From Xylographa opegraphella (taxonomy: Eukaryota): 64,000 nucleotides of DNA. Both the position numbers and the translations under genes were made by a program. The notes under the pieces are model-generated. The model ran no database searches, was not told where the DNA came from, and worked only from the letters and a program-made list of their open reading frames with translations. Of the stretch, positions 1 to 14,267 are shown piece after piece. Position 1 is the first letter of the stretch, and every line of letters starts with the position of its first letter. The stretch spans positions 62,001 to 126,000 of the forward strand of contig JALDZX010000010.1 of NCBI GenBank assembly GCA_022813865.1. The letters run 5' to 3'.

Positions 1-85
1 ACTCCAAGTCTCCGGTGCTTGACCGACGAGTTCCACACGCAATTCCCTCCCACAAAGCCGCTAATCGCCCTCGAACCATTTCACC

Positions 86-1273
86 ATGACCGCCCCCGAA
101 GACCCCTCCACCTGGCGCCTCACAGAGGAGCAGAAGCAATTCTTCCTCGACAACGGTTACCTCCACATCGAGAACTGCTTCTCGCGCGCCCAGGTCGCCG
201 AATGGACGAAGCACCTCTGGACGCGGCTGGGCTTCGACCCGAACGACAAACGCACCTGGACGCGCGAGCGCACCAACATGCCCTTCCACCGCGCCGTCGA
301 CGTGCACGACTTCGCGCCCAAGGCGTGGGCGTACATCACGCAGCTGTGCGGCGGCGAGGAGCGCATCGCGCCCAGCGGCCGCGACTGCCAGGCCGACGAC
401 CACGCGAAGCAGGTCATCCGCGAGGCGGGTGCCGACCGCCATCTGTGGACGGACAACATGATCGTCAACCTGGGCACGCCGGAGGGCGAGGGCAAGACCG
501 TGCACGGCAGGGATCTGCAGGGCTGGCACGTCGACGGCGACAACTTCGTCCACTACCTCGATAGCCCGGAGCAGGGCTTGCTGGTGACGCCGCTCTTCTC
601 GGACGTGCTGCCCAACGGCGGCGGGACGATGCTGTGCCCGGACAGCATCGCCCCGATGGCCCGGCATCTGGTGCGTCTTCCCTAACTCACTCCTTTCCTC
701 CCGTCCCCCTACCAGCCCCCCCACCCCTCTCAGTCGCCACGCCCGAACGCACACTGACCCTCCCGCGTGTAGTACGCGCACCCCGAAGGCGTCAGCCCAC
801 GCTACACGCCGCGCGGCGACAACCCAACCTTCGACTTCTCCGCCCCAGGCGGGACCTTCTACGCCGACACGATTGCGCGGTACGGGCGGCGTTTCGAGCA
901 GGCGACGGGCGCGTGCGGGGACGTGTACCTCATCCACCCGCTGATGCTGCACACGCACAGCAACAACAGCCTGCGCGCGGTGCGCATCATCATCAACCCG
1001 CCCGTGACGCTGCGCGAGCCCTTCGGCTTCGACCGCCCCGCCGGCGACTACAGCCTCGTCGAGCGCGCGACCCTCAGGGCGCTGGGTAGGGAGTCTTTGC
1101 CTGGATGGCGCATTACGGTGCCGAGGCAGCAGCTTGTGCCGCCGCGGTTGGAGCGTATGGCCAGGATGAAGAGGGAGGAGTTTGAGAGGTTGGAGAGGGA
1201 GAGGGTGGGGGGGGAGGTGAAGGGGGAGGGGGGTAAGGGGTGGGAGGGGGTGCAGCGGGGGATTGTGGTGTAG
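86..1273 (+). CDS. Phytanoyl-CoA dioxygenase (PhyH)-like Fe(II)/2-oxoglutarate dioxygenase, 2 exons (86-670, 773-1273)
   Basis: N-terminal 'LTEEQKQFFLDNGYLHIENCF', metal-binding 'WHVDGD' and distal 'HPLMLH'. Intron 671-772 (GTGCGT...CTGAC...TAG) joins ORF 86..685 in frame with ORF 923..1273. Confidence 0.75.
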
Positions 1274-1588
1274 ATGAAGGGGGAGGATGGGAGGATGGGG
1301 GTGACGGAGGAGATGGGAAGTTGGGAAGTGGGGGAGGTGGGTGGGTGGGTAGATGACTCAATGGATCAATAGGACAGATTGTTATACAGGCCGATACGTG
1401 ATGTTTCTTGACTGAAATACATGCTGAAATACAGACCGAAAAGGGGTATCTGCAGCGTAGTCTACAAAGCAAAGCAAAGACGCCATCGCTTTTCCCACAC
1501 CACTTCGCAGAGTCCCAACGGCCAAGTCGCAAAACGCACTCCACCTCCCCACCCTCTCCCCCTCTCACCACCCCTTCCCCAATCCCCT

Positions 1589-2315
1589 CTACGCATACGT
1601 CACACCCACAGGCTGCTGCTTGCCCATCCCCACCCCTTGTCCCGACCCCATGGCGGCACCACCACCCATGCGGCGCTCCTTGCGGAAGCGGTGAAAGATG
1701 ACGGAGGCGTAGATGAGGGTGCCGAGGAAGAGCAGCTCGACGACGACGTTGACGACGAGGCTGAGGACGTAGGTGCCGTAGAGGGCGGCGTTGGCGATGC
1801 CGACGACGAAGAGGGCTGTCCAGGCGAGGAACTTGAGCAGGTTGGAGACGAAGTACTTGGTCGGTGTGAGGTGGTGGCGGGCGAAGAGGATGATTTCCGC
1901 CAGGCTGAAGAGGAGGCCGAGGAGGGCGATGGTGAGGATGATGGCGTAGAGGCTGTTTTGGGGAGAGGGGTTAGTAAAGTTTGGGGGCAAGGGATTTTAA
2001 AAGGGGTGGGGGAAGGGAATTTGCGTACGCGATGACGGCCGTGTTGTTGTAGGTGTAGGTGTAGGTGCCGCCGTTGGTGGAGACGTAGCCGGAGCTGTCG
2101 ACGCTGCCAGTGGTGTATGTGGTGGTGTTGGAGTTGTTGTCGGTGTACACGGTCGTGCTGGAGATGGCGCTCACGGCGGTGTTCCAGTAGATGCCGAGGG
2201 AGGCGCTGGCGACTTGGATGGCCATGAAGATGATCTGCAGGACCCAGAAGGGGATGAGCACGCGCTTGTGCCAGGGCCGGCCGTTGCCGTGTTCGATGTA
2301 CTGCGCGCCGGACAT
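1589..2315 (-). CDS. Small multi-pass membrane protein (MARVEL-like), 2 exons
   Basis: 'PWHKRVLIPFWVLQIIFM' followed by three more hydrophobic segments. One GTACGC...CAG intron (~2028-1953) joins ORFs 1971..2315 and 1589..1990 in frame. Confidence 0.6.
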
Positions 2316-5300
2316 GGTCGGGTGAGAGGGAAGCGAAGAAAGCTTTTTGATTGTTTGAAGAAGAGGAAATGTGTGTCTTGGGAAGGAGATGGAGGGAGAG
2401 CGCGGTGAAGGGGAGTATTATATTCAGAGAAAATCGGAGACGCGCACACACAGAAGCGGACTGCAGATGGGGACTTGTTGGCGTGAGAGAGTGGGTGGTG
2501 GGAGTGCAATATAAAGCAGCTCAAGGTTGGACTTATACGTGCACCAACCACCCTCCCATCCTACTATCTTCAGACCATGTTGCTATGGACATCAGCATCC
2601 TAACCAGCCCTGCAACACGGTAGCTTTTCCAACAGCATGGCCCCGGCCGGCAGGGCAGAAGCAACAGCCAGTGAGCGCAGCGCTCCAGATCCAAGTCGGG
2701 TCAACATCAACACGAAACGATGGAGTCTGACAGCCAGCTAGGGTTTCAAGGCCTGCTCCGAGCAAGATGCTGTGGTGGATGTGGTGAAGGTATGAGCCAC
2801 TCCTAAAGATAAAAATCTGACAACGTGGTAAGATCCTCGCTAACCATAAGGCGTCCTCTCCCCCCCCGGACACAAGCGAATCAGCAGCCACAACAGGGGC
2901 CGAGCCGGCGGAACGATGAGCTCTAGCGCCGTAAGCACAGGGCGGTGAGCCCGCTAATTTGCAGAGAGAGCCCCTGTCGCTCCCGCCGTCGTAGCGTGCT
3001 GCTCCACGGGGAAGGGCACAGCCGACGCTCAGGTACGAAGTATTTCTGGTTGATACACGCCACAAGGTCCGCCAGCATGAAGTGGTGAGAAAGTCACGCC
3101 GAGCTGACAGCGGTCGCTGCTACCTTTGCCATTGCTCTCATACCCGCCCTCACAGGCCGGGGAAGGCTACGCAAGGTGTGCGGCTGTGCCGGACGGAGCG
3201 ACGGTACGTATCAGAGACGAGTGGTACAGCAGCAGGGAGAACCGCTATTTCGTGGACGATGCCTCGACGATTGGATGGAGGTATCTACGGACCAAATGCT
3301 GGGGGAAAGCGTGGTGTCGCGGCCGATCGCATCTTCTCGTGTCGGAGTCCTCCGTCGTCACCTCGCTTCAATGGTCGGAGCCTAGATCTCACCGGCCGAG
3401 GAGCTGGATACCTGGATCGAGACGCGGTGGAAATTAAGTGGGTGTACAATGTGAATGTACCGCGTTAGCTTACGTTCCAGGTGTGGTGCTTTTGCACCGG
3501 AGGGTTTTGAATGATTGACCTGCTTCATGCTGCGGATCCTGCTTCCGCGGAGTATACCATGTGCTGAGAAGGGAGAGATAGGCAGAGCTGGAGATCTGAT
3601 TGGCAAAATGGACCCACGTTCCTCGAGCAACGTGCAGATGAAAGACCTCAAAGCAAGGGCCAATGAATAGCTGTAGGCAATGACGATTGTTGAAATCGAA
3701 AAAAAAAACACGCTTTCTCCTCGTTCTCTATCGCAACCAAAGTTCCCAACTTGCGCCGATGATTGCCATCTTGTGTATCCCGAACCCATCCAGATGGCCA
3801 CCCCGTTTCTGACACCCTTGACCGCCACACTGCTCACCTCGACGGAGCTCGTCCCGGTCCACGCTGTCCTCCAATGACTACCCGGTGGCCGCAGCGAGGG
3901 TTGTTGCACTGGACGTAGGTGAAGCCCTTTCCGCCACAGGTCGTGCACGCCGGTCCCCTGTCCACCGACGGCTGTCAGCGATGATGGTCACCCCCAGATT
4001 GCTGTCCTCTCCCTACCTGCGAGGGTTTCCTGCGCAAGATACACAGTTTACAATGACGAGTCCTCCCACGCATGGCGCCAAGTCATCGGGTCGGGACATG
4101 GCTTTCTGCTCGGGCATATAGCCGTGTATGGGGTACGATGTCTGATCTGTGTGAACATCAGCCGTCTTTTCTTATTAGGATCATGTATTCAAAGGAAGAA
4201 CAAGACTCAGTACAATTGACTGTTTGTAACGATTTAGGAAATAGCGAATGTATCCAGGACTTGAAGATCTGGGTGGCCTCGAGAGGGTATGCGTGTACCT
4301 GCTTCTTATATACCGTCCTGCTTCTTATATACCGACGACATGCTTTGATAGGTCTGCGGGCACGTCTCTAGAAATGCTTTGCTATGCACTCGCCACCAAC
4401 GAGCGTCGCCCTGAAAAGAAATGGACTTTGTTGCTCTTTCTCATTCGATGCCCTTAATCTGGTAGGAACATGATCTGTATCACCGGGGTTGTGCCCTCAT
4501 TATCTCCGAGAGGACATGGCAGAGAGGCTTTTGATCGTACTCGAAGTCGGTACGTGGCTGTATTTGCAAGGTGATACATTATGGTATGACAAGCTGAAAG
4601 TGAAAATCATTGATCTTCACTATCATAGCCCTCGACAGACGTCAGCATTCCAAAGGTCTAATGATCCCCGTCGGTTAGTGATATGAGTGGTGAAAGTATT
4701 AGCCAGAAAAGCTGAGAAATGGAGCAAGCGCGGATATGGAAATTACTCCGACGACAGTTTCAACATAGATGATTGAAGAAGCCAGACACGACACACAGCA
4801 TAGACGACGGTATTCGTCGAATATATCAGGATGCTGTGCTACCAACCTTTCGGCTGCCCTGCCTAACGTACCTCACCATCCGATCCAGCCGCCGGTGCTC
4901 TGAGCGGGCATTTGTGACAGATCAATTAGCACAATAGCTATGGTCAACCTAACGGCAAACCAGAATAAATGATGTTATAACAAGAAAGAAAAAGTCGTCT
5001 TGCCCCAAGCCATACGAGCGATAATATCCAAGTAAAGAAAAGCCAGAGAACCATATACGTCACCTTGCGGAATGACTGATCATAGCTCATGGCAAGTACG
5101 AAAATAGAGTGTACAATTCAAACTCGGAGCAGCAAGCTTCCAGGAAATCCCAAACCAGTCGACGTAACACACCCAGTGGCTTCTTTCAGCTCATGACCTC
5201 CGGACGCCTTTCAGCAAACGTTCCACGGACGCAAGGCAGAGAAAAGATAATGAAGTGACCGCAACCCTGAGCGCTGTGAAGTGGATCATGGTCTCGACAC

Positions 5301-6097
5301 TCGAGCTAACTTGACTGCGAGTCGACGTTGGTGAGATATAGATGCAGGTTCCACGCTTTCATAAATGTTGTGTTGCTTGACAGGGACCCGACTGATGACA
5401 TGCTTCGAACCAAGATATCACATCGCAGGGATGGCGGTGTGAAGCTCGTATCGCAACATAACAACGGCTTTCCCTGCTAATTATCAGCTGCATCCAAGGG
5501 TATGACGAATTCCCGTGATGAAACATGCGGCAATCTGGACTTGAAGGTCGTTGTCAGACACTTCGGATTCTCGGTTCGCTGAGTTCCACGTGATCACATC
5601 ATTCGGTCTCCATACGGGAGTACAGCATAATTGACACGTATATCGTAGATACCTTACCCAGCTACAATACTAGCTAAGGTAGGTCGGTGTACGAGAAAAT
5701 CCAGCTCATCCCCGTAATTTGCCGGTAACCATCAAACACCCGGTGACACAAATCCATGAAGCCGTGAAACTCAGATCCGCATATAAAGCCCTTCACCTAG
5801 GTAATTTCCGGCCAAGAACACCTTGAAGCTTAGTCTATCGGCCATGCGCCTTTCAAAGCCACTCAAATCCGTCCATTTCAGTAGACTCCCCGCTCTCAGC
5901 AATAGCCCCATAGCAAACTGTAAACGCGTCCGCAACATTTACCTTTGACCGACGAACATGTGGGAATAGAGAGCATGATTTCCAACGTCCGCAACCAACC
6001 CGGGAACTTGGTCATTGAGAAGCACAGTTATTATCGCCTCATCCTATATCTTGCCGGCGTTTCGCCAGTCTTTTGATTTGTCGAAGAGTGCAGAGAC

Positions 6098-8860
6098 CTA
6101 GAATTCTCGAAGCGCCTCAGCCTTGACAGCGTCGGGAATCGTGGCAATGAATGCTGCACATGCCCCAGCCAAGCCAATGCATCCGACGAGCATTCCGGAA
6201 AAGAAAGCCTTTACAGGCTTGGAGCCTCCACCAGAAGCTCGTATTCTCTTGCGAGCTGGTTCACCCCTCACCAATGTCTGACTCGATGCGGAAGTGGTCT
6301 GTGATGCTTCGGCTATGGGCTGGAGAACATTGTCCTGCAGAGTACTATCTGAGGTACCAAGATCTTCACGAGGTTGTGCATCTGGCAAGCAGGAATCTTG
6401 AGAATCTACCTTCGAATTGGTTGTATGGGGCCGAGGTGATGAATCTTCTGGCTCTGCAACACTTATCTCATCTGCTTTTCTCTTCAACGTAGGCACGGAA
6501 GCGTTGATCTGAGAAGCGGCCTTATTGACAATATCTGAGATTGGTAGCTTTGAAGACTTCACACTGCTTGTGTCTGGCAAATGAACCAGAGGGTTGGAAT
6601 GTGAGTGTGGTTGTGCAGGCAGCACAGGGTACGACATCCACGGCATAGAAGAACCGGCATTCTCTCGGTTGCTGTTCATTCTTACTTCGTACTGGTCGCT
6701 AGCGGAAGGATATCCCGCAAAAGTCACCGCCGGCATGTGTGACTTGTGACTGGATATGTTTAGGTTGCTGGGGTTACCACCGCCCATGTGATTTGCTGGT
6801 AGATAAGACCAACCGCTGAAAGGTCCATCATCATAAAGTGGGAGGCAGCGGTCCAGGTTCTCGAAATATTCATCGGTGCCAAGGGAGTTGTACGGAGCAG
6901 ACATGGCCTGAGCGGGATGTGCCCATGGTCCCGCATGTGGGGTGTATGCTCTTATATCGCTACTCTGAAGTCCATGGTCTTCGCGATGAGATCCTTGCCA
7001 CATGGTGACATCCGCTGAATGACGCTTAGAATTGCTCTTTCCATTATCGTCTACAGGTGGCACTCTCGCGTATGGAGGTTTTGCCAAAGCAGCATCCGAT
7101 GGACTTGGAGCACGAGGCAACGGCTCGTACCATTGCGTCGCTGCTACACCGGTAGGTTTACTCACGTCGAGCTCTCCAGCAGTATCTACTCGACATTGGG
7201 GTGGCGTCAATAGTTGGCTGTCTTTGACAAGAACGTGCGCCGACTGTACCGAAGTATTTGCCTTAGCGCCTGCGGAGTCGAAGTGAATGTTATCGACGTT
7301 GACGACCGGCAGTGAATGAATAGGTTTGCCCTCCATCTCGAACTTCTCCCAGACGTCTTCATCATCGCTGAAATCGTCGGACCAGTTATGCTCGTCTGTT
7401 CCTCCGCAATCAATGTCCGAATTGGGTCCAAGCTCATCTTCAGACGTCGAATAGTCGATGTCGGAACCTGAGGTCTCAATGTCACTATCCGCAATCATGG
7501 CCTTGCTAGAGGCCCGCTTCTCAATGTCTCTCTGAACATTATTATTCGCGGTCATTGCAGCATCAACCATCGCGCTATAATATCTGAATGGATCCGCAGA
7601 AAATGGAGCAGGTAGAGCTTTTAGAGATGCCTGACTTGTTGAAAGTATTTCTGGGGGTTCATCATCGCTATCGCTGACGATCTCTCGTGGTGCATCTCTT
7701 TGTGGTGCATCTCCTTGTGCACCTTCTAAGTCTATAGGGTTTGCTTGAGACGAGCCCACGCTGTTGGGCTTCAATTTCGGATCTTCAACGGACCTAGCCT
7801 CGTCCGTCATTGTCAAATCGTAATTCACCTGATGACGATGTCCGGATTGGGTATTGTTCTGTGCCGGAGTATCGCCCGAAATAATACTGTGCTTTGATTG
7901 AAGAGGGACCGGGTGCTGATTTACAGTGCTCAAAGACACCTTGGTGGCAGACAGAACCTCATTATCAAGGGCTTTGGTGCCTTTGGCTGATAGGATATTC
8001 GGAAGGGCCACGGAGGGAGTCACAAGCTCAACCGATGCCTCATGAGAAATATCATCTTCCGAATCCTCGTCTTCATAGTCGTACGGAACATGGAAGCCTG
8101 GTTCTACCATCTTCGATCGGTTTTCAGGACTGGTAACTGGAGTTGGATTGCTGCCTGAAGCGTTAGTGTGAATTCCAATGAATCACCATGGCCAACTCAA
8201 ACCTCCACTGCTGCCACTGATACTCGATAACAAAATCTTTAGCGGGATATGTGGCTGGAAATAATTAGCCGAGTCAATGAGTCATCCCAGCTGGACGTGC
8301 CCAGCTGCAGAATCGGAGCTTGGGCAGAGAACATACTGGTGCCACTGGTAACCCTCTGGCCAAATGTGATTGTATCCCCATTCTTGACAGGATAGTCGAC
8401 TTCAGAATCCAGCCTCTTGCTTCCGAGGAAAGTTCCGTGCGTCGATTGGAGATCCTTCAGATGAAGAACCTAAGCACACATGAGTAATTTCTACTATGTA
8501 ATTTGTCCAGCTTACGCACCCGTTCGGGGCCGGTCACGAGGGTAAGCTCGGCATGACTCCTAGACATTATAGGACTTTCAAACCAGGCATTATCCTTGGC
8601 AGCCGCAAGGCCTTTACTAGCAGTCTTCGAGGCTCGACCGATTTCGATAAAGCTCTTTGCTGGATTGAGCTGAAATGTCCTCTCGAGGCTGTAGTCGAGG
8701 GGTTTCAGTGTGATGAGGACTATCGATATTTGTCAGTACGCTATTATAGTATTGTATACCGATCTTGAGGTAATCGGTAATTTGAGTTTTGGATTGTGGG
8801 AAGTGGTGCAGCAGGCGATTTCGCAACGGGGAGGATGCTACCTTCGAGTGCCGAATTCAT
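6098..8860 (-). CDS. FHA-domain protein with long low-complexity middle and C-terminal hydrophobic anchor, ~5 exons
   Basis: Short upstream exons translate to 'IEIGRASK...DNAWFESPIMSRSHA...LKDLQSTHGTF...NGDTITFGQRV' (FHA GR/SRxH/STxGT motifs) and splice to ORF 6098..8110, which ends 'FFSGMLVGCIGLAGACAAFIA'. The start at 8860 (MNSALE|V) is tentative. Confidence 0.8.
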
Positions 8861-9144
8861 GGCGAATGTACCAGCAGATACTCCGGATAGAGGATGATCG
8901 ATATCGTTGAACAGTCGGCCACACGGTCTCAATGTGCGAGCCTCGAGTCAGGCGGAGGGGGTGGAACAGCTCAGCCGAGCATGCAGTCCACACTTGTCCT
9001 CCGTAGGTTTCTCTACAGTGGTGACGGGATAGGGAGGAAAAGATGGAAGTAACGGAACAGATAGGTCGACGATGCGCAGAACGTAGGAGCCCGACAGTCC
9101 CAAGCTGATCGAGAAGACCGACTGTATGCAGGTCTGCGAAGACG

Positions 9145-9190
9145 GTGAGGTTCCAAGTGTGAGGTTCCAAGGTGAGGTTCAAGGGCGAGG
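9145..9190. repeat. Short tandem repeat, ~3.5 copies of GTGAGGTTCCAAG
   Basis: Copies at 9145-9157 and 9159-9171, one lacking a C at 9172-9183, and a partial copy at 9185-9190. Lies ~300 bp upstream of the FHA gene start. Confidence 0.7.
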
Positions 9191-9824
9191 CAGCAGTCCG
9201 ACTAGCGGGGTAATCCTGTAATCACGAGAACTATCGATAAGGTTTGACCATGAAGCCGGGTCCATCGTAAAGGCTTGAACCTTTGTATCCTTGCACCTCC
9301 GAGACTATTGGAACCTGTGGTTAGAGGTACAATAAATCTACTGAGCGCTTGCATTGTTTATCGACTGCTGTCCTAGGCCTGCGCTGGGATAACGCGGCAG
9401 CCCTTTCGTGGTATGGGTGGAGAGGTTGGTTATATATAGATCTGGATGGGTATCTACTGTTTGTCGGATAAGCATAGGGGATGGACCATCCTTGACGTAT
9501 TTATCAGACAAATCCCCAATAGGAGATGTTGCATGGAACCAAAGGAATTACTATCCACAGAGGAGCTGTCAGAAGAATCTCCGCAACACGTTCCTCAAAC
9601 GCCAAAGGGAAATGCAAGATTGATACAGGTTGCACGACCAGGAGCTCCAAACAAACGTCTCAGCCCGCGCGACAAAACAAACGAGAAAACAGCGCTGGTG
9701 CCAGGCATCGAAGGCCTATATAATCTTTATCGGATACAGGTTCCCAGCCATCTAGCCGCCCTCCAGATCCAAGGATGTTTATGCACAAAACCTCGCAGTA
9801 CCGCACGTCCCGTCATGATTCATT

Positions 9825-12240
9825 TCAGCGATCGTAGCCAGCACCACGTTGCCAAGGACCGGCATTGGCTTGTGGTCGGTAGCTCGTGTCTTGGCTGCTA
9901 AGGTTGCCTGATCCATTGTATTGGGTGTAGTTGCCGCGAGGTGCAGGCGATCCGTTCCTTGCTCCGCCATATCCACTATCGCTGTAGCTATTACCGCTGT
10001 AGTTAGAGTAACCAGTGGTGGGGGGACCATGTCGTGGAGCACCAGCACTCGGAATGAATGGCTGAGATGGATCGATTGGCGAATGTGGGGGTTCGTATTG
10101 AGCCACATTCCGGGCTGAAGCTGACGTTGACGGCGGTAGAGGAACCCCTGAAGCATCATATTGCTGACGTCCCATTGAGCCGGAAGAGAGGGAGTCGCTG
10201 TCGTCGTCGAGATCCCTAGTTTTCATCTTCATATCGCCCCGTGCCGTCGCTCCAAGAGCGTCTAGCTCCGTGTTCAGATTGTTCTGGGACTTGATGAAAG
10301 AGCCACGATCATCCCTCATAGGGTGATATCTTGTGTCGGGATTCTTCGAAAAGATGGCAATGACGGATGTTACGAGGACCATGAGGATCAGTACCAGAGA
10401 GAATGCCGCGTTGTAGACGAAGAATATGACTCCCATTATCCCAGTGACGATGTACTACGGCATAGTTAGAATTTGCCGAACGGAGATTGTGATTCGAGAC
10501 TTACTGGCTGATTGAATACACCTGTAAACATTAGGAGGAATATAACGTTAATGAAGTTGATCACAGCAATCGCAATGTTGAAGGTGTTGGTCTTTTTGTC
10601 CATCCACGGTCGAAGAATGCTAACGGCGACGAGGAAGACGGCTTCCACGACCACAAGTCCGATAGTCTGAGGAATCGGAGCACTCTGAGCAAAAGCCACA
10701 AACAAAGCCTTCAGAAGAATGTACAAAAGTCCAGGAAATATGAAGTAATACGCCGTCGCGCGAAACTGAACGTAGAGGAATCCCCATTTGTTGAGAGCGG
10801 CAGGGTCGGAGTAGAGGATATAAGCTGGATTGCTGTGCATTTGGACGGAACGTCTAGCTATACGGACGACCTTGAGGGCAGCCCACAGAAGTGCAAGACT
10901 CATTGCTCCGAAGTAGAAAAGCGACAGTACCACTTCGGCTGCCGAATCACGCACTGTGAGCTCCCACAAACAGAGGATGGCCATTTGTGGATATCCGATG
11001 AGTATCTGGTAGGTATCAATGAATTGTCCTGAATGGTGTCGATATCAGCACTTACCAAACGGAACAGGATGCCTTTCAGGACTATTTTCCAGCCATTTCG
11101 GAAATCTTCAAACTTGTCTGACTTGAGCCATCCGGCCTTAACAGCTACTTCACACAACCCTTTGAATAAGGCGACACAGAGGGCCACAATAACGACGAAG
11201 GCCACAAAGAACCCCAATCCAGTGAGGAATATATTTGTAGGCTCAACATTAGAACGGAAGCCAACTCGATCGATCCCGTAGATGTCTATGACAGAAGACG
11301 AGGCGTCAGTGGTATCCGTTGAATCTCTTTTGATAACATAATCAAGCGTATCGAGACCTCGACGGGCGAGTTTCATAGCGAATTCCATCGACCGCTTTTG
11401 GACGTTCACCGACTGTGAATTGACGTTGGTCAAGACGGTAGATGGTGTTCCTCCTGTAGCCATCTGATACCATGTGCAAACGCTCTGCATGAAGCCAATG
11501 CTAACGATACCCATGCTCCACTGAAAGTTCTGGGTCCATGCCTCAACCATGGGTGGCATGTGGACACCCGTCATACCAATCATGGCTTGTGCTTGGAAGA
11601 ATCCAAACAGTGACAAGGTATTCGCAGCTATGTGGGCGGCTGTGTTGGAGTGGCCCAGGCCAGAAGTCACGGCAGAAACGACCAATGCAAGACCGGCAAT
11701 CACAGCGATCACCCACGAAACCGCAGCCTGATCAACGGTTTTGCCATTGGAGAGATTCGCCTGGACACAGGCGATCTCGGCGCCGGTAGTGGTGTTTAAC
11801 AGAAATACCTTGATCGTCCCGTCGAGATCGGGAAAGGTGTACGCTATCCATGGAATCTGACTGACGACACTTTGCGAAAACACAGACGAAGAGTTGATGG
11901 GGATTTGTCCAGGATTCAGAGGACAAAGCGCAACCAGGTCTGCATCCTGGCAAGGATTTATCGTCTTATTGAACACTGTGATTCCATAAGCCTCCGCCTG
12001 AATCTGGAACGTGACGAATCCGGTGATTGTTGAATCTGCGTTTATGTCGTACGTGAGAGTCCTATCGTCAGGTGTGAATACGACATCGAACACGGTCGCC
12101 GTGAAGCCTGGATTGGGGTTGGAGGAGCAATCGAGGAGAGAATTGGACGAGATTTCGCGCTGTGCGGCCACTAGAGAAAGTAAAGAACTGGTGACGGTCA
12201 CGAGCAGAAGCACAGGCGTCGACACCGATGGTAAACGCAT
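9825..12240 (-). CDS. Flavin carrier / TRP-like membrane protein (FLC/Pkd2/spray family), 3 exons
   Basis: Signal peptide, ML-like domain ('CVQANLSNGKTV'), 'AWTQNFQWSMGI', 'KWGFLYVQFRA', 'RPWMDKKTN'. Two GTAAGT...AG introns (~11054-11006 and ~10505-10455) link the three ORFs. Confidence 0.9.
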
Positions 12241-14267
12241 GTTGTTCGATGAGACTCAGATATCTGGCAGCAGTGCGAGATCCTTTGCTCTTATTGATCT
12301 GAGAGCCTTTGTTGTGGAAGACTCTGCGACGGTGGTTTTCGCACAGGGAGGAGAATCAAGTGTGTCGCATTCGAAAGACCGGATAACGAAGGTGAAAGTA
12401 TAGATATGCGTGAAGTCACCGCGATCCCTGGCTACGGAGGGAGTGGCAAGCGACGGACGGAACAAGTTATGTCGTGAATGAAAAGGTGTGGAGAAATGAG
12501 CGGAAAGCAAGCGAGCGTGATTTGCCTTTCCACAATGTTCTGATGACTTGTCCACGACTCGACCGAGGACGTGGGATGGCAGAGAGGCGTCCGACGAGGG
12601 TGGAAGTGTTGATGGTGAAATGAGAGTTCGCAGGACGGGGAATGCTTTTCCAGTTAGTTTCAGCGTGGGTAATGCGTAAGTCGACCTTGTGTACGGTTAG
12701 GGGGGGAGGGAAAACTGGGCTGGCAACCAGGCTAGGACGAGACTGGAAAAGCTCGGTCCTAAAATAGGCCACAATACGAATGTGACAGCCAAGCTTTCAG
12801 CCGGAGGACGGAGGAACTCGAAGGCTTGGCAGGAGGGCAGCAAGTCAGCATTCCGACCAACGGCGAATGTTCCCTCGATCATCAGCGTGAACGATCATTA
12901 TTCTTGTTGATGAATTGTAAATTTCTTTGCCTTGCACTGGAGTTTCATGTCGCGACGTCAAAGAGCTACCGCCGACAGAAGCACCATACGCGGAGAGCCT
13001 TACCATACAGGGTCACTGTATCATGCATGAAGAAGCTCGACGAGCTCCGGTTGGCCCAAGCAGCTTGACCTTCTCACTCCCCATCAACTGGCTCCCAGCC
13101 AATGTTACAGAAACTTCCGTGTCTCATCATCACCTCCCACTCTCCATGATCCTTGATTTGCGAGCCCGAAGCCTCTCTATTTTCCGCCCAGCTGTACGAC
13201 AACGGTATCGTCCTGTTTTGCCCACACGGATATTGTAGTATACTGGTCTTTCCTGGCCACGTAGTCTTCGCTTCGGTGATGGAACAAGAGGCCCCAGTTG
13301 ATCAGCTTGGTGCGCAGGATAGCGACTGCAGCGGACTGTGGCCGATTCGATTAGATTCCGTCCAGCCTTGCATTGGCTCGGAGAGCGTTTGCTGTCCCCG
13401 TCAACAGATCCGACGGGAGAGGATTTTCTCTTTGGACCCGGGAGCACGTAGTCCATGCCGCGCCTTCGAAATCACCCAATCCGAAGCGTGAGATCGACCC
13501 GTAAGGTACATACTCCATAAGTACCTCCGTACCATACAGTAGATAACGTCTTAGAGCAGCACAGGAGCCGCGCAAGGATTGGTGTTGGCCGTTCCTTTGG
13601 TCGGCCAATGATCTTTCGCTGGTGGCCGCCCAGCCCGTGCTTCCCGCCACCTCTTCTAGCGCCGCGTCGCAAAGACCGGGAAGTGTGTTTTTGTTATGGT
13701 TGGTCGACCTGCTGGAGTCCAAGGAGGTCAGCTAGAAAAGAAGCTCCCCCGCTGGCGGTGGCACCCGCTGTACCTCCGTAGCACCTTCTTGTTTCTGGAG
13801 AAACCACTTCTCATTAGGCACTCAAGTCCAATTCGATATCTAGGAATCACCGTTGATAACGTAGCCCTAGATAGGCTTACCTGCTCTTACTTGCTCTTAC
13901 CTGATCGCGAGGGACGAGTACCTGACACAATACTTCCATGCATGCCAGCTTCAAAGATTGAGTGATGGTGGTGCAAGGCTGGGAGCTTCCCGACATTCAC
14001 CCTGACGCGAGCCTCTCAACCCGTTGCTTGTCACCGGCGACTCTTCCTACCATTCGGCGAACCTACCTTCTATGAAACCATCTCCTCGTGCGTTGTGTCG
14101 CAAAAACATTCTCCACGGTCGCTTCATTCGCATTGCCGAAAGTTTGGGGCACAGCATTCACGAGCTGAGAACCCGCTTTCCAACTGCTCCATCATTGTCT
14201 ATAGAGACTACTTCTGGTCGATCGCATTACATCGCCTCCATGAACACTTGAGCACTGCCTCATCATA

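Noticed and set aside
2600..6000. 3.4-kb gene-poor interval considered as possible telomerase RNA, lncRNA or decayed gene
   Set aside because: I saw no TAACCCTAA-type template, snRNA/snoRNA motif, terminal repeats or recognisable protein motif. The short ORFs have no coherent splice model.
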